This document shows positions 7,883 to 15,538 of a stretch of 20,000 nucleotides of DNA, in pieces. The notes under the pieces were generated by a model. It was not told where the DNA came from and searched no databases. It was given only the letters and a program-made list of their open reading frames with translations. The stretch lies in the NCBI GenBank assembly GCA_023539445.1, contig JAKCEW010000001.1:32050-52049 (forward strand). Reading direction: 5' to 3'. This DNA comes from Candidatus Terraquivivens yellowstonensis. Lineage in GTDB: Archaea > Thermoproteota > Nitrososphaeria_A > Caldarchaeales > Wolframiiraptoraceae. The position numbers and the translations under genes were made by a program. Each line of letters opens with the position of its first letter. Position 1 is the first letter of the stretch.

Positions 7883-9373
7883 ATGAGTGGCATACCGATT
7901 TCGCTTGGCTTCAACGCCATGCGCATTATTCTTTCGGGTTCGCAGCCAAGGGCATTACTGAAGAAAAGTTTGGAGAAATGCAGTAAATGCGGTAAGAGAC
8001 CAATAGACATGTTTTTTGATGAATGCCTTGGGATTAAGCAAAAGAAGTGCGTCACGTGTACATCAATCGTTTCTGCGCTTAAGTTCTTTACATTTATCAC
8101 CTTGAAGGCACTGAATACTAACCAAGAGGCATTGGTCAAAGCTTTGAGCGTATCATACTGGAGGAAGGGACTGACTTCAACAATAAAGGGTCTGGCCTGG
8201 TTTGGTGTAACGAAACCTTTTGTCACGGGTGCGCCGCTCTTTGTTGTCTGGAACTTTACGAATAGATGCAACCTCAGATGCAAGCATTGTTATCAAAACG
8301 CCAGTTCAAGCTTACCGGCAGAACTTACAACAAACGAGGCACTTCGTGTTGTTAAGGAACTCTCGGATGCAGACGTTACTTCTATTGCATTTTCAGGAGG
8401 GGAGCCGCTCGTCAGGCAGGATTTCTTCGAAGTCGCAGGGAGTGCGAGAGATAATGGCATGTATGTAACCGTTGCCTCAAACGGCACACTCATAACAAGG
8501 GATGTTGCCAAAAAGCTTGCAAAAACCGTTCATTATGCGGAAATAAGCCTAGACGGCATAAACCCAAGGACGCATGACGAGTTTAGGGGAATTCCTGGTA
8601 GCTGGGATAGGGCGGTTTCTGCAATTAAATATTTAGTGGAAGAGGGCGTTGCTGTGGGTGTTGCCACAACTGTAACCAAACATAACATATCAGAGATACA
8701 AAAAATGGTTGACTTTGTCGAGGGGCTCGGAGCAGATTATTTCATATGCTTCAATTTTATACCGACAGGCAGGGCTACAAAAATCCTAGAAGACGACCCT
8801 ACACCACAGGAAAGAGAAGAGATCTTGAAGTACTTGTATAAGAGGCTGGTTTTCAATATGCTTCAGAATAAAAAGTTGAAAATCTTCACGACGGCGCCCC
8901 AGTTTGCTAGGGTCGGACTCGAGATGAAGGAAAAAATCATGGAGGAAATTTGTACAATCAACTTAACAGCTCCATGTGTTGAGCCCGTAGTTCCTACGAC
9001 TCATTATGCAAACATTCCAGGCATAACACCGGAAGTCGCCGAATTCATTGGTGGTTGCGGCGCGGGCAGAGTTTATGCGGCGATAAGCCCTGAAGGCGAC
9101 GTTCAACCATGTGTCTTTATGCCCATAAAACTTGGCAATCTAAGACATGAAAAATTCGAGGAAATATGGCTCAATTCGAGCGTTCTTAACGAGCTTAGAG
9201 ATAGGAAAAAGCTGAAAGGCGGATGTGGAACCTGTGCATATAAGTTCATTTGCGGAGGCTGTAGGGCCAGGGCCTACGGATATTTCGGAGACTACTTGAT
9301 GCCGGATCCGGGTTGTATTAGGAGAGTTTATGAAAAACCGATCCATACACTACAGCTCCAAATGAGGCTTTAA
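7883..9373 (+). CDS. Radical SAM/SPASM-domain protein with an extra N-terminal Cys-rich region
   Basis: Radical SAM motif CNLRCKHC. SPASM-type cysteines CGAGRVYAAISPEGDVQPC...CGTCAYKFICGGCRARAY...DPGC. N-terminal CSKCG...CLG...CVTC. Confidence 0.92.
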   Translation: MSGIPISLGFNAMRIILSGSQPRALLKKSLEKCSKCGKRPIDMFFDECLGIKQKKCVTCTSIVSALKFFTFITLKALNTNQEALVKALSVSYWRKGLTSTIKGLAWFGVTKPFVTGAPLFVVWNFTNRCNLRCKHCYQNASSSLPAELTTNEALRVVKELSDADVTSIAFSGGEPLVRQDFFEVAGSARDNGMYVTVASNGTLITRDVAKKLAKTVHYAEISLDGINPRTHDEFRGIPGSWDRAVSAIKYLVEEGVAVGVATTVTKHNISEIQKMVDFVEGLGADYFICFNFIPTGRATKILEDDPTPQEREEILKYLYKRLVFNMLQNKKLKIFTTAPQFARVGLEMKEKIMEEICTINLTAPCVEPVVPTTHYANIPGITPEVAEFIGGCGAGRVYAAISPEGDVQPCVFMPIKLGNLRHEKFEEIWLNSSVLNELRDRKKLKGGCGTCAYKFICGGCRARAYGYFGDYLMPDPGCIRRVYEKPIHTLQLQMRL

Positions 9374-9388
9374 AAGATAATGAAGAAT

Positions 9389-9509
9389 GGCTTGCCAGCA
9401 CGTGGCCCTCGCCTGGGCTCTCGCACCAGACTACCTCCACGCGATGGGGGCTTAGCTTCCGGGTTCGGAATGGGTCCGGGCGTCTCCCCCCATCTATGGC
9501 CGGCAAGCC
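9389..9509 (-). rRNA. rrf: 5S ribosomal RNA
   Basis: The reverse complement reads GGCUUGCCGGCC...GCCCGGACCCAUUCCGAACCCGGAAGCUAAGCCCCCAUCGCGUGGAGGUAGU...GUGCUGGCAAGCC. It has the universal 5S core (CCGAACxCGGAAGCUAAGCC) and a perfect 8-bp terminal helix GGCUUGCC/GGCAAGCC. Length is 121 nt. Confidence 0.97.
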
Positions 9510-9531
9510 GAGTTTATCTTGCTAAACCCTT

Positions 9532-9541
9532 TCTAAAAAAT
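9532..9541 (-). promoter_or_regulatory. Candidate TATA-like element for the 5S rRNA gene
   Basis: A/T-rich TTTTTTAG on the minus strand, about 23-32 nt upstream of the inferred 5S 5' end, in the gap after the stop codon at 9543. Confidence 0.45.
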
Positions 9542-9542
9542 C

Positions 9543-9986
9543 TTATGCGGCATTCTCCAGAAAAGAAAGACCTTTGTCCGTTATTCTATATTTAAAGGGC
9601 TTGCCCGTCCTTGTGACGAGCCCTTTTATATAAAGGTTCTTTAAAATTCTGGAGACATGTTCACGACTTCTGTTGAGCTTAATGCTAAGCTCTGAAGATG
9701 AGGAAGGGCCTTCGGTTTTTAAAAGCTCTAATACCCTATAACATGTTTGGTTAAAATCCTCTTCAGCTACTTTTTCAAGGGTATTATGGGTGCCGTTTGA
9801 CACATTCAGCCTGTCCTCTATCCGGCTGAGTGTCTCTTTTATCTTTGCCAGCTCGTTCGTGATTGCGTCATAAGAACTAGGATTTGACGTCACTCCTTTA
9901 TGCATATTAGCTTTGCGTAGCAGAACGTAAAATATCATCGTCTGTGTAACAAACAACGTAACAAAGATAAGGACCAGCGTATCCAT
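9543..9986 (-). CDS. Membrane-anchored winged-helix (MarR/ArsR-like) DNA-binding protein
   Basis: N-terminal TM segment DTLVLIFVTLFVTQTMIFYVLL, coiled-coil-like linker ITNELAKIKETLSRIEDRLN, and C-terminal wHTH VLELLKTEGPSSSSELSIKLNRSREHVSRILKNLYIKGLVTRTGKPFKYRITDKG. Confidence 0.8.
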   Translation of the reverse strand: MDTLVLIFVTLFVTQTMIFYVLLRKANMHKGVTSNPSSYDAITNELAKIKETLSRIEDRLNVSNGTHNTLEKVAEEDFNQTCYRVLELLKTEGPSSSSELSIKLNRSREHVSRILKNLYIKGLVTRTGKPFKYRITDKGLSFLENAA

Positions 9987-9987
9987 C

Positions 9988-10380
9988 TTACTTCTTAACC
10001 TCCGTAAGCTTGATTAGCAATCTAGATATCGCTTCAGGATCTCTGCCGTTTAGAGTCTCAGAAGCCTGCAAGAACCAAGAGTACGTCGGCAACTCAAACA
10101 ATCCAAGGTAGCCTAGTAGCAACACTGTATAAAGTGACTTGGTTATGTTGTCCATTGCCTGTTTCTTTGTCCTTAAAAACGAGCCCTTCGAGACCCCGCG
10201 GAGCTTTGCTTTTTCGTCCACCGTAAGCTTTGCTCCCTTGCTTTCTAGCAAGAGGTCTATGAGTAGCGTCTCAAGCTGTTTCTTGGTAAGGGAACACCTT
10301 TCACTGAGTAGCTTGAATATGACGTCATTCTCCCAATACTGTTTTATCTCATCAAGGAGCGTAACATCCAATTGCATCAC
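9988..10380 (-). CDS. Conserved-looking archaeal hypothetical protein with HTH-like segment, operonic with the wHTH protein
   Basis: 130 aa ORF ending 1 nt before the next start (TAA-G-ATG). Segment LTVDEKAKLRGVSKGSFLRTKKQAMDNI resembles a helix-turn-helix. Confidence 0.6.
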   Translation of the reverse strand: MMQLDVTLLDEIKQYWENDVIFKLLSERCSLTKKQLETLLIDLLLESKGAKLTVDEKAKLRGVSKGSFLRTKKQAMDNITKSLYTVLLLGYLGLFELPTYSWFLQASETLNGRDPEAISRLLIKLTEVKK

Positions 10381-10404
10381 CTAGTTTACGCTTTTGTAAA
10401 CTGG
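10381..10404. repeat. Inverted repeat/hairpin immediately upstream of the 10380 start codon
   Basis: CTAGTTTAC-gctttt-GTAAACTGG: 7 perfect bp (AGTTTAC/GTAAACT), plus one G:U and one C:G pair, around a 6-nt loop. Confidence 0.6.
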
Positions 10405-10574
10405 AACTGCATACATGCGATTAATAATTTTTCCTGTAAAGGTTGGTCCGACAATCTTTTTGTATTACCTAGTCTTGATGCTACATGATGTCATCTTGTT
10501 TCTTGTACACCTCTAGTTTTCAATTAGATAGCAGGGTGTAAAACTTCCAAGTCCATGATATATGGGAGATGCGA

Positions 10575-10586
10575 TGTGACGTCACA
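10575..10586. repeat. Perfect 12-bp palindrome TGTGACGTCACA
   Basis: Read directly; the sequence equals its own reverse complement and lies in a non-coding region. Confidence 0.75.
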
Positions 10587-10731
10587 ACTATGTCCTAGAG
10601 CATTTAACTAAAATTTCTCAACATTGGTGTTTTTACCTATTTTTGAAAAATTGGGACTGTATTGGCTCGGCTCTCATTTTATGGTCGAGTTTTGTCACGC
10701 ACGTAGTTTCGAAGTTGCAGCGTTGTTCATG

Positions 10732-10749
10732 CCTACCTGATCAAGTAGG
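10732..10749. repeat. Imperfect 18-bp palindrome CCTACCTGATCAAGTAGG
   Basis: 16/18 positions match the reverse complement (CCTACTTGATCAGGTAGG). Confidence 0.55.
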
Positions 10750-10883
10750 GTTAAAAATACCAGGAGAACATGTGGAACATACCCATATATTATTGAGCCG
10801 ACCAGAAAGCCTCTTAGAAGGAATGGTGCCGTGATTGACAATTTTGTAAACCAAGGCTTTCATCTTAAATTTGGGGACGTTAG

Positions 10884-12050
10884 ATGTTTAAACGTACCCG
10901 TTTGGGGCGTAGGGACGTGACCGATAGAAAGATTCGAATAAATCAACCCGTAATCGACGAGACTGAGATAGAGGAAGTTTCTGAGGTCCTAAGAACGGGC
11001 ATGCTTACCACATGGCACGGTAGCGGTAATAAGGTCAGCGAATTTGAAAAAATGTTCGCATCATATATAGGTGTTGAGTACGCAATTGCTGTGAATTCTG
11101 GAACAGCAGCCCTCCACACTGCTCTCGCGGCATGCGGTATAGGACATGGTGATGAGGTCATAGTACCTGCAATGACTTTTGTGGCCACGGCAAACGTTGT
11201 GCTCATCCAAGGTGCTAAGCCTGTATTCGTGGACGTAGACCCTGTAACGCTCTGTATGGATCCTGAAAAGTTCCAAAATGCTATAACAGATAACACGAAG
11301 GCGGTAATACCCGTGCACGTTTACGGATGCCCTGCCGAGATGGATGCCATAATGGATATCGCTGAAGATAAGGGGATAGTCGTTATCGAGGATGCCGCTC
11401 AGGCGCATGGAGCACTCTATAAAGGTAGAAAAGCTGGTAGCATTGGCCATATGGGCTGCTTTAGCTTCTTCGCCAGCAAGAACATAACGACTGGTGAGGG
11501 GGGAATCATAACCACCAATGATGCTGAATACGCTAGGAAGTGCAGGCTCTTTAGAACGCATGGCCAAGAAGAAGCACATATGGCTGTGATGCCGGGACTA
11601 AATTATAGGATGACAGAGTTCGCGGCTGCTATCGGTCTTGTACAACTTTCGAAACTTGATAGGTTAAATGCCATTAGAGCAAGGAATGCGGAAATCTTAG
11701 GAAGTTATCTCAAAGGCATACCCAACGTCGTCACTCCGACCTTTCCTTCTTACGTTAAACCCTCATACTACGTTTACACAATAAGGGTTAAGGGCGGATC
11801 TAAAAAGTCAAGAGATGCACTACAGAAGTATCTCATGGAAAACGGTATTGAGGCGACAGTTTATTGGCCAAATCCGGTCCACTTACATCCGCTCTACATG
11901 GGACTTTATGGTTACCAGAGGGGCTTACTGCCCGTATCCGAGGAAGCTTCGGATGAAGTGCTTTCCTTACCGGTACATCCTAAAGTTAGCACCGATGAGT
12001 TACATTACATCGCTGAAAAAATCGGAGAATTCTTCGTAAGCGACTTTTAG
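10884..12050 (+). CDS. DegT/DnrJ/EryC1/StrS-family (sugar) aminotransferase
   Basis: NSGTAALHTALAACGIGHGDEVIVPAMTFVATANVV, IEDAAQAHGALYKGRKAG, catalytic Lys in FSFFASKNITTGEGG, and GLNYRMTEFAAAIGL. Confidence 0.94.
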   Translation: MFKRTRLGRRDVTDRKIRINQPVIDETEIEEVSEVLRTGMLTTWHGSGNKVSEFEKMFASYIGVEYAIAVNSGTAALHTALAACGIGHGDEVIVPAMTFVATANVVLIQGAKPVFVDVDPVTLCMDPEKFQNAITDNTKAVIPVHVYGCPAEMDAIMDIAEDKGIVVIEDAAQAHGALYKGRKAGSIGHMGCFSFFASKNITTGEGGIITTNDAEYARKCRLFRTHGQEEAHMAVMPGLNYRMTEFAAAIGLVQLSKLDRLNAIRARNAEILGSYLKGIPNVVTPTFPSYVKPSYYVYTIRVKGGSKKSRDALQKYLMENGIEATVYWPNPVHLHPLYMGLYGYQRGLLPVSEEASDEVLSLPVHPKVSTDELHYIAEKIGEFFVSDF

Positions 12051-12448
12051 CGTCGCTCCACGATTATTTTATCACCCTCTATCTTTATCCAATCGCCACT
12101 CTTAAATTTGCTAGTATCAACGCAATCGACGGTAGGTATGTCACTTATTATTGCACCGACAGCAACTATAGGTTCGCATCTCTGATTTATTATCGCATTT
12201 GGCGCCACGCCCTTTTTCTTCAACCTGTAGATTATGTAGGAGCCGACGGTCGAGCCCTTTCCATGCGGAAAGACCAGTACCTTTCCAGCTATGCTCTTTC
12301 CTTCCAGCTCATGTCCCTTTTCCTTGATTATTCCCGTATCAGGGTCAACGCCCCCATAGAAGGATATCGGTTGCGATGAAACTAACGCTTCACCTTCGGC
12401 CCTTCCCCCTTTTATGACCCTACCCCTCAGTTCTAAAATAACACTCAT
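12047..12448 (-). CDS. AcnX swivel (small) subunit, DUF126: probable phosphomevalonate dehydratase small subunit. The track start at 12601 is an over-extension.
   Basis: MSVILELRGRVIKGGRAEGEALVSSQPISFYGGVDPDTGIIKEKGHELEGKSIAGKVLVFPHGKGSTVGSYIIYRL. ATG at 12448-12446 overlaps the upstream stop as ATGA. Confidence 0.9.
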   Translation of the reverse strand: MSVILELRGRVIKGGRAEGEALVSSQPISFYGGVDPDTGIIKEKGHELEGKSIAGKVLVFPHGKGSTVGSYIIYRLKKKGVAPNAIINQRCEPIVAVGAIISDIPTVDCVDTSKFKSGDWIKIEGDKIIVERR

Positions 12449-13626
12449 TTGGTCGCTTCCCTGAGGCACTCTTCTGTCGAAAGTAATCTCACGCACAAAT
12501 TGTTTAAGTTTCTTGAATACCATGCCCCTTTGGCCGAGTTCGTAGCGACGGCCGTTACCCCTAAATCCTTTACAGGCGCGACTATCGGGCAGGTATCGCA
12601 TACAACCGTACCTCCAGCAGCTTCTATAACCTGCGTTATGCCCAGCTTATCCGCCTCCAGCTTGACACTCTTCGAGCAGCATAACCAAAGCTTTTTTCTA
12701 ACATTTTTCCCGGCTAAGAATGATGCGATCCTTTTAAGTTCCATGAGTGAAAGATGGGGACAGCCAAGGAATATTAAGTCCGGATCCACTTCACTGGCAT
12801 ACTCTTCCTTGACACTCTTTATATCAGATTCCGTAACAGTGAGTCTCTCCATGGATCTATCTACATACTCTCCAGCTTCCGGTGTTATACCGTCCACGTG
12901 AAACATGGGCACACCACCGACGCTGGCCAACGCCGCGCCCAATGCCTTTAATTCGTCTGGCTCAGCATGAAGTATACCCCTGAAAAGAGGTATACCGTCG
13001 CCGACTAATCTTCCTACGATCATGCCAAGGCAAGCAAACTCAAACTCCCCATTTGGTTGTGGTACCCTAACCTCCACGGTTGGTTGACGGTTCTCTTTGA
13101 GATGTAGACCATAGAAGGGCGTCCTACCAGTTATCGCGGCCGCTAAAGCGCTTATTCCGCTCTCTCTATTTGTCTTAGCACCTATGACTGAATTTGCATA
13201 AACCACCGCCGAGCTCTCACTCCACGCGATGTGGTCGCCCATTCTAGGCTCGTTGCCAACAAGATATGGTGTACATGTACAAGTTATCTTGACGCCCATC
13301 CTTCTATACACATCTATCACCCTTAGCTGATTCTCCGCGAACTCCCTATCAATGCCCATTAAGCTCCATTTGTCCAAATCCATGCCCGCAGGATTAAGTG
13401 TCGTCTGCACGAGAACTCTGCCATCGGATGCAAGTTCTTCCAAAAACTCTAGTCCATCCTCACCCACGTTAGCATAGGATACACCGGATATGTGAGCGCT
13501 CGTAATAGGGACTAACTTCTCAGCGTCGTAAATTTTTCCAAGCGCCACAAGTATTTCCATAGCTTTTTGCGCGGCATATCCGAGCTCGCCGACAAGCATG
13601 CGCTCCTCCTCTTTTGAAAGGTACAT
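12445..13626 (-). CDS. AcnX catalytic (large) subunit, DUF521: probable phosphomevalonate dehydratase large subunit
   Basis: Aconitase-X features ITCTCTPYLVGNEPRMGDHIAWSESSAVVYANSVIGAKTNRE, LWLCCSKSVK and VVCDTCPIVAP. Followed by the DUF126 partner. Confidence 0.93.
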   Translation of the reverse strand: MYLSKEEERMLVGELGYAAQKAMEILVALGKIYDAEKLVPITSAHISGVSYANVGEDGLEFLEELASDGRVLVQTTLNPAGMDLDKWSLMGIDREFAENQLRVIDVYRRMGVKITCTCTPYLVGNEPRMGDHIAWSESSAVVYANSVIGAKTNRESGISALAAAITGRTPFYGLHLKENRQPTVEVRVPQPNGEFEFACLGMIVGRLVGDGIPLFRGILHAEPDELKALGAALASVGGVPMFHVDGITPEAGEYVDRSMERLTVTESDIKSVKEEYASEVDPDLIFLGCPHLSLMELKRIASFLAGKNVRKKLWLCCSKSVKLEADKLGITQVIEAAGGTVVCDTCPIVAPVKDLGVTAVATNSAKGAWYSRNLNNLCVRLLSTEECLREATK

Positions 13627-13659
13627 TTTGATCGCACCAACGGATTATGCGACTTTTAG

Positions 13660-14958
13660 TTACTTTATGTAGTCCTCAATCTTTATACTTTCTTCTCCTG
13701 GTATCTTGGCTTTTTTAAAGAGCTTCGGGTCGGCGTCTAAAGGCAATGTTGCATCTATTCCGGCTTTGCATGTCTTTCGGGTGTACTGGTCGGCAGATGG
13801 GTCCAGAGAGGAGCCATACTCGTTAGGTTTGAGCACTAGGCATTTGTCCATCTGCACCCTTGTCGCCAAGACCCATTCCAGCTCAGCTGGGTCATCGATG
13901 TTTATATCCTCGTCAACTACGAGGACGTGTTTTAGACTACCGTGTCCCTTAAATGCCGCCTCTATGGCCTTTTTTCCGTCATCCGCATGCCTTTTCCTTA
14001 TTTTTACGACGGCGTTAAACCACTTACAACCACCAGGCGTCAATCTAACATCCAAACATTCGCAAACTTTTCCAACCTCCTTGTATATCGCTACCTCTCT
14101 CGGTGTGCCCATTAGGATTTTATGCTCGCTACCTGCCAGCAATACTGCTTGGAATATTGGGTCACGTCTCATAGTTACACACTCTATCTCGATTACCCTC
14201 TGCTTTCTCACAACATCGTATGTGCCCGTTATGTCAATTATTGGACCCTCGTCTGCCCATTCATCCGTTACGACACCTTCCATCACAACCTCACAGTCTG
14301 CGGGCACGAGTAGGTCATTCGTCACACATTTCGTATATCTCATCTTCCTTAACGAATTTGCTATATCTAACTCGCTAACGCCTATCTTCCAAGTAACGGC
14401 CGCAGCTATCATGAAGGCAGGATGGTTCCCGAAAGTTATCGCAACGTTTCTATTGCCCCTACGTATAAATTCATCGAGATGTCTCGGGAGTATTCTTGCA
14501 ACGACCCTGTTCTTATCTATGAGCATTAATCTGTGGAAGCTAGCATTAAAACCATACTCCTTGTCATGAGCGATAATTATGCTGGCGGTAGTATAAGGCC
14601 CACCATCATACTGGCCGAAAAGAAGGAATGGAAACTTTCTCAGGTCAGGGTTTCGATCGATTACTTGCTGACATGGTGCATCTTCAACGATTTCACCCTT
14701 GCTTGGGTTTTCTATGGCATCATTCAGCTTTCTGAGTATATCGTCCTCGCTCACACCTAATGCCTTTGCTAAAATCCTCCTACTACCGCAAATGTTCGCC
14801 GCTAGCTTGAACCCCTCACATTCTTTGATCTTGTGAAAAAGCACGGGCCTTCCGTCGAGCTTCTTCATTATTGCAGCTGCCTCAAATTTCGTCGAGACCG
14901 GTTTTACGATGTTGATGAGCTCTCCTTCCTTCTCAAGCTCGCTCAAGAAATCCCTCAT
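13660..14958 (-). CDS. UbiD-family decarboxylase: probable anhydromevalonate phosphate decarboxylase
   Basis: MRDFLSELEKEGELINIVKPVSTKFEAAAIMKKLDGRPVLFHKIK, NASFHRLMLIDKNRVVARILPRHLDEF and ITFGNHPAFMIAAAV. ATG at 14958-14956 overlaps the UbiX stop as ATGA. The track uses 14967. Confidence 0.92.
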   Translation of the reverse strand: MRDFLSELEKEGELINIVKPVSTKFEAAAIMKKLDGRPVLFHKIKECEGFKLAANICGSRRILAKALGVSEDDILRKLNDAIENPSKGEIVEDAPCQQVIDRNPDLRKFPFLLFGQYDGGPYTTASIIIAHDKEYGFNASFHRLMLIDKNRVVARILPRHLDEFIRRGNRNVAITFGNHPAFMIAAAVTWKIGVSELDIANSLRKMRYTKCVTNDLLVPADCEVVMEGVVTDEWADEGPIIDITGTYDVVRKQRVIEIECVTMRRDPIFQAVLLAGSEHKILMGTPREVAIYKEVGKVCECLDVRLTPGGCKWFNAVVKIRKRHADDGKKAIEAAFKGHGSLKHVLVVDEDINIDDPAELEWVLATRVQMDKCLVLKPNEYGSSLDPSADQYTRKTCKAGIDATLPLDADPKLFKKAKIPGEESIKIEDYIK

Positions 14959-15503
14959 TCTCCCCACCTTTTGTATAAATTGTGCTCAATTCCGAGGATT
15001 TCCAAAATCCTTCCGACTATAAAGTCTATAAGGTCTTGAATGGTCTTTGGTGAGTGGTAGAAAGTTAAAACCGGCGGTAACACGACAGCTCCTGCCCTAG
15101 TTGCCTTGAGCATATTGATGATGTATGGTTCGGCCAAAGGTGTTTCGCGGGGTACTAGAATAAGTTTCCTTCTCTGCTTAAGAGAGACGAGTGCCGCTCT
15201 TACTATCAAGTTTTCTTCCATACCGTTGGCAATTGCGGCAAGTGTCTTCATGGAGCACGGCACGACTACCATGCCATCAACGGGAAAAGAGCCGCTTGAA
15301 AGCGGAGCCTCGAATTCGTCCTCCCGGAAAATTCTGTCTGCATATAACTTTATCTTTTCTAGGTTTGCTTCGGCCCGGACGAGGGCCTCGCCGTTCTTGG
15401 AAAGAATCAAGTAAACTTGATGTTTACCTGCTTTCAAGACTTCCAACAATCTCTCAGCTATTGGTGCACCTGAGGCTCCCGTTATCGCTACAACAACCCT
15501 CAT
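14955..15503 (-). CDS. ubiX: UbiX-family flavin prenyltransferase (prenyl-FMN synthase)
   Basis: MRVVVAITGASGAPIAERLLEVLK, VVVPCSMKTLAAIANGMEENLIVRAALVSLKQRRKLILVPRETPL and AGAVVLPPVLTFYHSPKTIQDLIDFIVGRILE. Confidence 0.95.
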   Translation of the reverse strand: MRVVVAITGASGAPIAERLLEVLKAGKHQVYLILSKNGEALVRAEANLEKIKLYADRIFREDEFEAPLSSGSFPVDGMVVVPCSMKTLAAIANGMEENLIVRAALVSLKQRRKLILVPRETPLAEPYIINMLKATRAGAVVLPPVLTFYHSPKTIQDLIDFIVGRILEILGIEHNLYKRWGE

Positions 15504-15527
15504 GCGATTATTCCCGACGGACGCCAG

Positions 15528-15538
15528 TTAATAAATTT
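15528..15538 (-). promoter_or_regulatory. Candidate TATA box for the ubiX-ubiD-acnX operon
   Basis: AAATTTATTAA on the minus strand, 25-35 nt upstream of the ubiX ATG, in the 43-nt gap after the preceding stop. Consistent with a leaderless transcript. Confidence 0.5.

Noticed and set aside
8220-8511. Small minus/plus ORFs inside the radical SAM gene
   Set aside because: Alternative frames of a well-supported radical SAM protein.
9318-9595. Short ORFs on both strands covering 9318-9506 and 9380-9595
   Set aside because: They overlap the 5S rRNA gene, and their sequence is explained by the structured RNA.
10643-10834. 63-aa minus-strand ORF in the long intergenic region
   Set aside because: Short, with no recognisable domain and no convincing start signal. 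Not enough to call a gene.
10405-10883. tRNA, SRP RNA, RNase P RNA or C/D-box sRNA in the long intergenic region
   Set aside because: By eye I found no T-loop GGTTCRAAUCC-like motif, no SRP/RNase P signatures, and no convincing C/D box pairs. An uncharacterised RNA cannot be ruled out.
12449-12601. N-terminal 51 aa of the 184-aa DUF126 ORF in the track
   Set aside because: The conserved protein begins at MSVILELRG (12448). The upstream part overlaps the AcnX large coding sequence, and the ATGA overlap is the natural translation-coupled start.
12449-12901. 150-aa plus-strand ORF antisense to AcnX large subunit
   Set aside because: Overlaps a strongly supported gene on the other strand and has low-complexity shadow-like composition.
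13706-14569. 287-aa plus-strand ORF antisense to the UbiD gene
   Set aside because: Shadow ORF. The opposite strand encodes a clear full-length UbiD-family protein, and this translation shows no recognisable domain.
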